A stretch of DNA of 64,000 nucleotides, taken from Macrostomum lignano. Lineage: Eukaryota. The notes beneath the pieces were generated by a model that was not told where the DNA came from, ran no database searches, and saw only the letters and a list, made by a program, of their open reading frames with translations. Positions 11,601-23,613 of this stretch are shown here, in pieces; position 1 is the stretch's first letter, and each line of letters begins with the position of its first letter. Location: positions 62,001-126,000 of the forward strand of contig NIVC01000044.1 in the NCBI GenBank assembly GCA_002269645.1, in the 5' to 3' direction. A program made the position numbers and the translations under genes.

Positions 11601-14600
11601 TAGTTAACTAGTAGGCTCTATGCCTGACCTGAGCCTCTGATGTTGGAGGCAGAGAGGGAAGAGCACTGAAGAATATGGGGGGCTCCTTCTCACGGTCTAT
11701 CTACCTGTCTCCTTCTCACTATATAACTACCTATCTCCTTCTCATTGTCTATCTACCTGTCTTCTTCTCACTATATAACTACTTATCTCCTTCTCATTGT
11801 CTATCTACCTGTCTCCTTCTCACTGTCTATCTACCTGTCTCCTTCTCACTGTCTATCTACCTGTCTCCTTCTCACTATATAACTACCTATCTCCTTCTCA
11901 TTGTCTATCTACCTGTCTCCTTCTCACTGTCTATCTACCTGTCTCCTTCTCACTATATAACTACCTATCTCCTTCTCACTGTCTATCTACCTGTCTCCTT
12001 CTCACGGTCTATCTACCTGTCTCCTTCTCACTGTCTATCTACCTGTCTCCTTCTCACTATATAACTACCTATCTCCTTCTCATTGTCTATCTACCTGTCT
12101 CCTTCTCACGGTCTATCTACCTGTCTCCTTCTCACCATCATCTCCCAAGGCACTCACCAGGACTGTGACCTGAGCCGTGGCGGTTCTCCTGACCCGGCCA
12201 CCATCCACAGCCCAGACCGTGAAGCTGTGCCTCGGTCCGTCCACCTCCCTGTCCAGCTTCGCGGCCGTGGACAGCTGTCCGGTGTCCGGATCGAGTCTGA
12301 ATCGACGCCGCGCCGCGAACTCGGCCAGGCTGTACTGCACCCGGCCATTTTCTCCGGCGTCCGGATCGTCGGCTCGAAGTACGCCTAACGGCTGTCCGGG
12401 TTCGGCCGACTCGGACACGGTGAATTCGTAGACGGTGCCGGGCGGGAAGCTGGGCGGATTGTCGTTGACGTCACTGATTTTGACGATAACGTCGAGCGGC
12501 GCCGAGGAGAGCGGCGGCTTGCCGAGGTCGGTGGCGCGGACCTTGTAGGGTTCAGGGTTAGTTGCTAATCCAGTTGCTAATCCAGTTGCTAATCCAGATG
12601 CTAATCCAGTTGCTAATCCAGATGCTAATCCAGATGCTAATCCAGATGCTAATCCAGTTGCTAATCCAGTTGTTAATCTAGTTGCTAATCCAGATGCTAA
12701 TCCAGATGCTAATCCAGATGCTAATCCAGATGCTAATCCTGTTGCTAATCCTGTTGCTAATCCAGATGCTAATCCAGATGCTAATCCTGTTGCTAATCCG
12801 GTCGTTAATCTTATTGTCTCATCGCTAGTAGGTCCGTCCAGCACTATGAAAACCAAAATTTGAGACCGTGCAACCTAAGAAAGCAAAGCTGCACCTACCC
12901 GCAGGTGATACTCGTCCACCAGCTCCCTGTCGAAGCTCTCGGTCGCGTACAGCCGGCCGGTCCGTTCGTCCAGTCGAAACGGCGCCCGACCAAATTCGAG
13001 CAGCTCGAATCGGATCGCGTCACCGTCGGCGTCGGTGGCGTTGAGGCCGCAGACGAGCCAGCCGGGCCGCCGGTTCTCCGGGACGCTGAGCCGCAGCGGC
13101 GGCTGGCCGCTGGCACCCGGCAGCTGAAACGTCGGCGCATTGTCGTTGAGGTTGTTGACGATCACGTGAATGCTGCGCCTGCTGCTCAACGGCGGCTTGC
13201 CGCGGTCCGTACAGACGATCGTCAGGTTCACCTTCGGGCTCGTCTCGGCGTCCAGCTGCCGAGCGGTCCTCAGCTCGAACTCTTGCTGGTCGAGGCCCAC
13301 CGTGCTCGACTTTGCCAGCAGGCGGAAGCCGCCGCCGCTGCCGCCGGAATCTCTTTTGTCGTCTCCAAGTCGGCAGTCGACCCCGCGGACTCCGCTGCTG
13401 TCAGCGTCAGAGACCGTCAGCCAGGCCACCAGAGTGTCCGGCGGTTTGTTCTCGTCGACGCTCAACTGACCATCTGAGCTGAGCGACGTCAGCACGATCA
13501 CCGGCGCCTCGTCGTTGACGTCCAAGACGCTGATCGTCAGCGTGACGCTGCCGGTGCGCGAAGCGACGCCGCCGCTGGCAAAGCCGCCGTCCCGATCGAC
13601 AGCCTCGACGACGAGAGTGTGCACCGGCGCCCGCTCGTAGTCCAGCTGGCTGACGAGGCTGAGAGCTCCAGTGGACGGGTTGATGAAGAATAGAGACTGG
13701 GCGCGTTGCTGAGAGTCGCGCAGCCGGTAGCGCAGGCGGGAGTTGAGGCCAGCGTCGGAGTCGGTGGCGTTCAGCAGCAGGAACGGCTGGTCGGCTCCAG
13801 CCGGATGCGTCTCGGACAGCCGGACAGTCAGCGGCGGCCGCAGTCCGTCCAGATGAAACCGAGGCGTCTCGTCGTTTTTGTCGTTGACGCGGACGCGGAT
13901 GCGGAGCTGGCCAGACAGGCGCGGGTCGCCGCCGTCGCGGGCCACCAGGGTTAACTGGAGCTCCGGCGTCTCCTCCCGGTCCAGCGGCTTCGTCACCAGC
14001 AGCCGGGGCTCCGGACGGCCGCCGCCGCCGCTCGTCCTCAGCTGGAAGTGTCCCGCAGTGTCGCCGACAAGCTCGTAGCTCTCGATGCCGTTCCCGCCAG
14101 CGTCGGCGTCCGTAGCGGCTGGCAGCGCGATCTCCTCGCCCTGGTGACCGTTCTCGTCCAGCGTCAGCTGGAGTTCCGGCCTGGGGAAGCTGGGCACGTT
14201 GTCGTTGACGTCGCGCAGGTGAATCTCCACCAGCAGGCTGCGGCTGCTGTCCGGAGCGGCCGGGTTGATGGCGCGCACCCGCAGCTGGATGACGCAGACC
14301 TGACGGCTGGAGTCGCAGCAGGCGCCGGTGGTGGCGCAGAGGCTGTCTCGGTCGATTCTGGCGCCCCGGTAGCTGACCGCGCCGCTGTCGGAGTCGACGT
14401 CGAACTGGCCAGCCAGAGTGTCGCCGGGAGCGCGCAGCAGGGTGAATCGGATCGGCGAGGCACTGGAAGAGGCCTGGCCGACGTTCAGCCGTCCGATCTG
14501 ACGGAGCTGCCGACGCTGCTGTTCGGCGGACGTCGGCGGCGGCGGCATTCGGCCGTCGTCTTCGTCCAGCTGGAAGACGATAGGGGACCCGGCAGCGGCG

Positions 14601-14665
14601 GCGGACGCAGCCAAGGCGGCCAGTACGGTCAGCAACCTCCAAGCGCGAAGTTGAGGCGGCGGCAT
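5698..14665 (-). CDS. Protocadherin with 7 cadherin repeats (delta1-like architecture), 5 exons, ~1025 aa; last exon tentative
   Basis: Exons 14665-12899, 12541-12158, 7236-7074, 6783-6098 and candidate last exon 5775-5698, all GT..AG and frame-consistent (EYHLR|VRATD, VTVL|[13 protein letters not shown]|DSGG). Signal peptide [25 protein letters not shown]. Six linker motifs DVNDN, DKNDE, DVNDE, NLNDN, DVNDN, DSNDN, with DxD and LDRE motifs. Cys cluster in EC1. TM segment [25 protein letters not shown]. Confidence 0.88.
5785..6050. repeat. 9/18/27-bp minisatellite (ccctgaagtctctgaaac), protocadherin candidate intron 4
   Basis: Seen directly. Confidence 0.93.
6823..7016. repeat. 17-bp minisatellite (gattcgggttggtgaat), protocadherin intron 3
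   Basis: Seen directly. Confidence 0.93.
7817..7920 (+). repeat. Dispersed repeat copy B (unclassified)
   Basis: Same orientation as 5178-5265, with scattered substitutions and an extra ~15-bp segment. Confidence 0.8.
8850..9880. repeat. CT-rich degenerate array (ctcacccctctctct), protocadherin intron 2
   Basis: Seen directly. Confidence 0.92.
10505..11305. repeat. ~21-bp minisatellite (gagacaggcagacacacagag), protocadherin intron 2
   Basis: Seen directly. The first ~100 bp use a different unit (gaaggagacaggtagatagacagt). Confidence 0.93.
11683..12136. repeat. ~26-27-bp minisatellite (tctatctacctgtctccttctcactg), protocadherin intron 2
   Basis: Seen directly; starts about 20 bp from the exon 2 donor. 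Confidence 0.93.
12559..12800. repeat. 12-bp minisatellite (gctaatccagtt/gat), protocadherin intron 1
   Basis: Seen directly. Confidence 0.95.
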
Positions 14666-14896
14666 TTTCCCGAGCTGTCAGTTGCGGCCAGGGCCTGCCA
14701 ACTTTTTATGGTTAATCCGCACTGTGAGGCCGCTCGCTTATTGGCCTGAGATTTCGATTTGCTGCTGGTTCAAACAAAATATTCAGCCAGCCAACCAGAG
14801 AGTCTCGGCCGGAAAATAGGATTAACAAGCTGGTGAGTAGTATGTTTGGCGCGTTTTTCGGCTTTTTGATATTTTGACAACAGAGGTCGCGCTCAA

Positions 14897-15571
14897 GGAG
14901 CCCAATGAGACAGCGGACAAGGACCCCAATGAGACAGCGGACAAGGACCCCAATGAGACAGCGGACAAGGAGCCCAATGAGACAGCGGACAAGGACCCCA
15001 ATGAGACAGCGGACAAGGACCCCAATGAGACAGCGGACAAGGACCCCAATGAGACAGCGGACAAGGACCCCAATGAGACAACAGAGACCGAGCTCAAAGG
15101 ACCCCAATGAGACAGCGGACAAAGACCCCAATGACGCAGCGGACGAAGACCCCAATGACACAGCGGACAAGGACCCCAATGAGACAGTGGACAAAGACCC
15201 TAATGACGCAGCCGACAAAGACTCCAATGAGACAGTCGACAAAGACCCCAATGACACAGCGGACAAAGACCGCAATGACACAGTCGACAAAGACCCCAAT
15301 GACACAGCGGACAAAGACCCCAATGACACAGCGGACAAAGACCCCAATGACACAGCGGACGAAGACCCCAATGACACAGCCGACAAAGACCCCAATGACA
15401 TAGCGGACAAAGACCCCAATGACACAGCGGACAAAGACCCCAATGAGACAGCGGACAAAGACCCCAATGAGACAGCGGACAAAGACCCCAATGAGACAGC
15501 GGACAAAGACCCCAATGAGACAGCGGACAAAGACCCCAATGAGACAGCGGACAAAGACCCAATGAGACAGC
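14897..15571. repeat. 24-bp minisatellite (gagacagcggacaaagaccccaat)
   Basis: Seen directly, upstream of the protocadherin ATG. Confidence 0.95.
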
Positions 15572-16117
15572 GGAGTTCCCAGAAGGCCAAATTGAATTTC
15601 AACACAATCAGAGTTATCAACTACAATGTTATAAAGCAACTATAGCTTTCTAAGCCTGCCCAGCGTCAGAGGCAGTCCGGATGTAACAAAATCCATAGAA
15701 ACGATTGCGTTTTCCAAGTCGACAGTAGCACACATTCTGGATACACATACGCATAGGACACAGCATGCGCTTAGTTGCTGGGCACCTGCTTTTTGACAGT
15801 AATAAATTTTACTGTTAACCGATAACGCGTCTGCTGGGAAAGGAAGGGCGGACCCCCCCGGTCTGACATATTTGGGAGAATTACAGGCAGCCACAGCAGC
15901 CAATCTCCTTCACTATCTGTCATCCCTGCGCGGCATTACAAAGGAACAGTGCATGATACACACCGATCCTTGATTACATATGGCTGACATGCATGCAGTG
16001 AAAGTTGATTTCTTAAAGTGTACTTTAGTTATTATGAATCTGGTTTTTACAGTTCATTTCTGACAGCTTCCGCCCCTGTGCTGCTTGACTTTTTATGACA
16101 TTTAATCTATATTATTA

Positions 16118-16485
16118 CAGTTTCCCACCCCCTCTGTATTTTATGACAGCTTCCGCCCCCTCTGTATTTCATGACAGCTTCCGCCCCCTCTGTATTTCAT
16201 GACAGTTTCCGCCCCCTCTGTATTTTATGACAGCTTCCGCCCCTCTGTATTTCATGACAGTTTCCGCTCCCTCTGTATTTCATGACAGCTTCCGCCCCCT
16301 CTGTATTTCATGACAGCTTCCGCCCCCTCTGTATTTCATGACAGCTTCCGCCCCCTCTGTATTTCATGACAGCTTCCGCCCCCTCTGTATTTCATGACAG
16401 CTTCCGCCCCTCTGTATTTTATGACAGCTTCATCCCCTTCTTTGCGAGATTTTATTACAGCTTCCGCTCCTTCAGTATTTCATGA
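16118..16485. repeat. 28-bp minisatellite (gacagcttccgccccctctgtatttcat)
   Basis: Seen directly. Confidence 0.93.
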
Positions 16486-17102
16486 CAGCATCTGTTGCTC
16501 TGCCCGGCAATGTTGCAGAGCGGTTTGCGTTTACAAGACCAAAACCAAAATTAATAATTTCTTTCTAATCTTTGCATCAAATAGGAACAAACCGAGCTAG
16601 CATTTTTAACCAACGTCCAACCTACAGCTTAGCTACGAACGTAATAAAATATTGCGCCACTGGCATATGCGATGATGACGCTGTGAAGATAAAAAATACA
16701 CAAAACCCTCGCTGGCCAAGAGATAAGGACAGACATCTTCTGCTGGGGTGGCAGGGAGATAAGAGCTGTATGTGTGCAGTTCATCTCGATCCTCCCTAGG
16801 GGATATCCTAGGCTCTGGGAGGATGTGGGGAGAGACCGCACCGCGGACACCATTTGCTCGTAGTATCTACGAGGAAGTGTCTATGAGGAAGCATTAAAAC
16901 AAATAATAGCTAGGAGAATAATTTTGATCGGTTCTGCACCGTCCAGGATCTGTGGAGTTTCATCGGTTTTCTATAGAGTCAATGCCGAGAGTGATGGATG
17001 GGTATAAACAAGAGATGTTTAGGAAAGCAGGGAAGGGTTATTACGTCATAGTCTATAGCGCCACTCTCTAAAGATACCATCAGTCGATGATGCAGGGACC
17101 AA

Positions 17103-18060
<958 letters not shown>

Positions 18061-18381
18061 AGATTAGCATTGACTTTTAGCGATAGTTCGAACTTGTGCA
18101 AATATAGCAAGGCTTCTTACCTGTCTTGCTAATTTATAAATTTTTGGAAATGAATTGGTCCGTGTGTCTTCAGCGTTGACAACAATCAGCGGACGCCCCA
18201 CGATTTCAATTAGTGAAAAATTGGAAAATTGATGAAATACGTTCGTACCATCATCTGCTGGGAGAGAGGCTGCCCACAAAGAGCCACTTACGCTCATAGC
18301 TGATTGATTGATGGCCAAAATCGCTGCGGCAGCTTCTGGCGTTCATTTAATTTTCAGCGTTGTGCATGTGCAAAAAAGACT

Positions 18382-18955
18382 TCATTGGGATTGATGCACA
18401 CTGATCAATGCATTGGGATTGATACACACTGATCAATTCATTGGGATTGATGCACACTGATCAATGCATTGGGATTGATACACACTGATCAATTCATTGG
18501 GATTGATACACACTGATCAATGCATTGGGATTGATACACACTGATCAATGCATTGGGATTGATACACACTGATCAATGCATTGGGATTGATACACACTGA
18601 TCAATGCATTGGGATTGATACACACTGATCAATGCATTGGGATTGATACACACTGATCAATGCATTGGGATTGATACACACTGATCAATGCATTGGGATT
18701 GATGCACACTGATCAATGCATTGGGATTGATACACACTGATCAATGCATTGGGATTGATACACACTGATCAATGCATTGGGATTGATACACTGATCAATG
18801 CATTGGGATTGATACACACTGATCAATGCATTGGGATTGAAACACACTGATCAATGCATTGGGATTGATGCACACTGATCAATGCATTGGGATTGATGCA
18901 CACTGATCAATGCATTGGGATTGATACACACTGATCAATGCATTGGGATTGATAC
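18382..18955. repeat. 28-bp minisatellite (cattgggattgatacacactgatcaatg)
   Basis: Seen directly; palindrome CAATGCATTG at unit junctions. Confidence 0.95.
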
Positions 18956-20157
18956 AAACGGATCAATTCCTTTAAATTTTGCTCTAAAATGAAGGCAGCA
19001 AAAAAGAACAAAGAGGTAATTTTACTGGGTGTTCTGGATGAAGCAAAGTTATTGCCGAAAATCGCATCTATAAGTGAATTTATGTAATTCACAGAGGAGA
19101 AAAAATGCAATGATGGATTTAACACAGTCATTGCAAACCGGTCGATTTGAACATCGCGAAACCCAATTGACAAAATCAAAACTCCATTCGTCTGTTTTTC
19201 TCAAAGCTCAACTCGCAGGTTAAAACAAAAGTGTTTTAACGCGAAGAAATGTTCAAGCAACTTTTTAGCGCAAGAGAAAAGCAATCTGCATGCTTTTTCC
19301 AGCTAAAGTTGGATTTAAAAGAAACTGTCGAAAATTGCAGTTTGCACCATGTACTACTGACAATACCATGCGATACATTCGGTTTGAAATTCGACTTTCA
19401 ATTCAACGCGTGCATGCAAGATGTGTTTTGTTTCGGTTGGCTTAGTCTAAACTATGCAGATGAGTCTCTTGTTTATCGAAGATATTCGTAGTTCTACTAG
19501 CGCGCATTCAAGCTACTTACAGTAGGCTGGACAACACAAAATGCGCTTAAAAATGATAAAGGATTGCGGATTCGAAAGTCGCAAATTTGATAACCGCCAT
19601 CTTGACGTTGTTTCCAACAGATCTGCAATGGCATGGATAGTGAGTCAAAATTGTCCGCTTCTTTTTCAATATTTTCTTATAATATATTTCGTGAGTCGCT
19701 GCTTATAATATAATGAATTACAGTAATTATTTTCACACAGAACAGAGATAAAATAGTAGACCATTAATAAATCATATTCATAGTAGTAGATAGCGTACAT
19801 GTAAGACAACCAACCCATAGCAGACTGTTACAGAATGTGAAAGCAAACGGTTAGTCCATAGCAGTTGAACAAGCAAACAGCAACCGACACCGTAAATTTT
19901 GAGAAAGTTGAAACAAGCAAGCAAACAAAAACGGAGGCAATGCCAGTAGCAGCTCAATGCACAATTGAAATACGCGATGTTAATAATGACAGATATAGCA
20001 AGCCGGAAAACATTGATTGAAGTAAAGTTCATTGGTTAGCCAACACAGCAACAAACATGGCGCATGGAAGCGAGCTGGAGGACTCGACAGTCTGTTTTTG
20101 TGAACAGGGCTGATTTTTCATGCTTAGGACTGACTGCTGTGCCGTGATGCGACACTA

Positions 20158-20273
20158 AGACAGACAGACAGACAGACAGAGAGACAGACAGACAGACAGA
20201 GAGACAGACAGAAAAACACACAAGACAGACAGACAGAGACAGACAGACAGACAGACAAACAGACAAACACACA

Positions 20274-20306
<33 letters not shown>

Positions 20307-20340
20307 GGCAGACAGACAAACACACAAGACAGACAGACAG

Positions 20341-20374
<34 letters not shown>

Positions 20375-20393
20375 GCAGACAAACAAACACACA

Positions 20394-20428
<35 letters not shown>

Positions 20429-20598
20429 AAAAAACACACAAGACACACAGACAGAGACAGACAGACAGGCAGACAGACAGACGGGCAGACAGACAAACAG
20501 GCAGGCAGACAGACAGACAGACAGACGGACAGACAGACAAACAGGCAGGCAGACAGACAGACAAACAAACACACAAGACAGACAGACAGACAAACAGG
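20158..20598. repeat. Degenerate (CAGA)n array
   Basis: Seen directly. Confidence 0.93.
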
Positions 20599-21125
20599 CA
20601 GCGGTCCCACATCAAAGGACACAAATGATTAGTGACACGCAGCAAAATTCATGCGATGGACTCCATCCAGGAGAGTAGGGGAGGTGAAAACCAATGCTAG
20701 GCAAAGCAAACTTGCAGACAGCATTTCGAGAAACATGCAATAAAAGGTACTTCTAGTACTTTCACTTGCACTGTATTTAATTGCGCAAATTCCCATATTC
20801 AATTATTAACGATTAGTACGGACAAATAAAGCTCTCAGAAAAATCTTCTCTAACAAATATAGCGGGCAAGGAACGTATTCTTTATATACTACTCGCAAGT
20901 AGCACAAGTCCATTCTACAGATTGTTGTTTTAAAATTTAACACAACAAAACAACGCAAAAAGGAGAGTCGCGAGGCAGACAGGGAGAGAGGAATGAACTA
21001 TGGGGCAGTCCAACAAATCAATTATTAGACTAATTAGCTAAGATAATTAATAATAGAAGCAATTAAATTAAAATCAATATAATTTAACTTGCAAAAACTT
21101 GGAGAATTTCCTTCGCGACCGGAAA

Positions 21126-22344
21126 TCATCGACCATTTCCACCCGTGCGACGCCGACCGACACTCTGACTGGGGCCGGCTGCCGACATTGAAGAAGCATT
21201 CTGCTGCATCGGCATCGACAGAGGCGGAGGCGGCGGCGGCGGCGGCAACGGCGGCATCGAGTATTGCGCCTGCGGTGCCGGAGACGCCGACATGGCCGAA
21301 CCGGCGGCGCTGCCTGGCGACGTCATTATCGGGAAGATCGGCGGCGGCGGCGGAGGCGGCAGCGGCATGTTCGACTGCAGCATCGGCGGCGGAGGTGGCG
21401 GCAGCAGCAGCGGTTGCTGCGCGGACCGCCTGTCGGAGCCAACAGAGGACCGGGAGCTGGGCCGGCCGATGCTGAACATTGGCGCCGGCGGCGGCCGACT
21501 GCCCAGGGCGGTGAGCTTCGCCCGCAACGCCGAATTGTCGTCTTTGACTTCGCTGAGCTGACGCTCGGCAGCTTTGGCTGCCAGCCAGGAGTCGTGGGCC
21601 CGCTTCTCCAGGTCGCCGATTCTCCGCCTGTGCACTCGCTCGGCCTCGGCCAGCTCCGACTGCGTGGCTTCGAGCCGGGCGCGCAGCTGATCAATTTCGG
21701 CGCGCTGCTCATCCAGGCGCTGCTGGGCGCTGGCCGTGGCGCTGGCGTCAGACTGGCGCGTGAGCTCCTGCTGGCCGAGCCGGCGTTGCCACTCGCACTC
21801 CCGGTCTTTGAAGTAGTCGCGGAGCACCTGCAGGATGGGAGGCGGGAAAGCGGGCTGCAATTTCGCCATTCTATCTTCAGAACACTATTTAAAGTTTCTA
21901 TTTAAGACAGTTCCTCGTTTCAATTGTCCATGGCTAAAAGTAAGGCAAAGCTCAAATTCTAAATGAAAATTTAGAAACCTTTGTTCAGTCCTTTAAAATT
22001 CGACAGCTGGCACCGATTCTGCCAATTTCGTCTCTTTATTATTTTGTTTTTGTTGCATACTAAAGAGTTGCAATTCTTCTCAGGCTTAAAAACTTGAGAT
22101 ATAATTCGTCACGAAAACATTTTTCCATACTTGGTGTCCTCAAGGCTTTATACTTTATGACTAAGTCATAACCTAAAGATGTATGGCAAAATTGGTGCTC
22201 GCTGACCAAGTTAAAAGTCTAAACTAGACCCCGAAATGATATACTACTACTATCAATACTACTACTGCTACTGCTGCTACTACTATAACTACTACGAGTA
22301 CTACTACTACTAGTAATACTACTACTACTACTACTATAACTACT

Positions 22345-22387
<43 letters not shown>

Positions 22388-22404
22388 ATACTACTATAAC
22401 TACT

Positions 22405-22447
<43 letters not shown>

Positions 22448-22554
22448 TAACTACTACCACCACTACTACTACTAGTACTACTACTACTACTACTACTATA
22501 ACTACTACCACCACTACTACTACTACTACTTCTACTACTACTACTACTACTATA

Positions 22555-22615
<61 letters not shown>

Positions 22616-23578
22616 ATACTACTATAACTACTACCACCACTACTACTACTAGTACTACTACTGCTGCTGCTACGACAAACCTTCAGTTCGGTGCAGGCCT
22701 TGTCCCGATCCTCTCTTAGGGTGGCCTGTTCGGCTCGCACCGCGCTGAGCTCATTCTCCAACTCCAAGCGGCTGGCCGCCTCAGCTCTGGCGTGACTCTC
22801 AAACTGCTCCTGACGCGACCGCAGCTCCTCCAGCTCGCGTCTGGCCGCTTCGGCGTCCAGCAGGCGACGAATCAAATCGGCGCGCTGCTCCTGACGTTGC
22901 AGTTGGATTTCTTGTCGTCTCTGACGCCGTTTCTGCAGCCGACGTCGACGCCGACATCGTGTCGACGCACTGTCGCTGTCGGCGGCATCGTCGTCGTCCC
23001 CGGCGCCGTTCTCGCCACCGTCGGGCGCGTCGCGTTGATCCTCATCATCATCCTCCTCATCTTCTGATTGGCCTTCTCCGTCGCCTTCATCGGCACCCTC
23101 CTCATCGTCGTCGTTGTCGTTCGCTGCCGCTGCCGCATCGTCGGAGCCCAGCTTAGCCAGCAGATTGTCAAGCGACTGTCTCAGCGTAGCATTCTCAGCC
23201 CGACACCGCTCGGCTTCCTGATTGGCCCTGTCCAGCTCGGACTGCATCTCGGTCATCCTATTGTAGTACTCGGAGGCCTGGTTGTACAGGCGCTGCTGTT
23301 CGGCCTGGGCTGCTTCCAGTTTCTGCAGGCGCGGATGGGCGAGTGCGTATTGTGTATTGCAGAACTATGATAAGTCTGTAGGTCTTATATATTCGACAAT
23401 TTAAATACGTCTATGGCCAAAAGTCACACATATTGGCACCCCCGTTTATAATTAAATGTGTTCAAAATAATACCAGGTAAAATTCAAATTCTGCTAACAG
23501 GTGGACGGACAAAGAGACAGAGCAGACAAAGAAAGACAGACAGACAGACAGATAGACAGACAGACAGACACACAAATC

Positions 23579-23613
<35 letters not shown>

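Noticed and set aside
12542-12898. Protocadherin intron 1 is 357 nt (3n) and in frame with only one stop, suggesting an exitron or recent intron
   Set aside because: Most of it is a stop-free 12-bp repeat; one stop in the remaining ~37 codons is about what chance gives, and retention would split a cadherin repeat.
16785-16825. Small hairpin atcctccctagg...cctaggctctgggaggat (miRNA-like)
   Set aside because: Stem is too short and bulged for a pre-miRNA; expected by chance.
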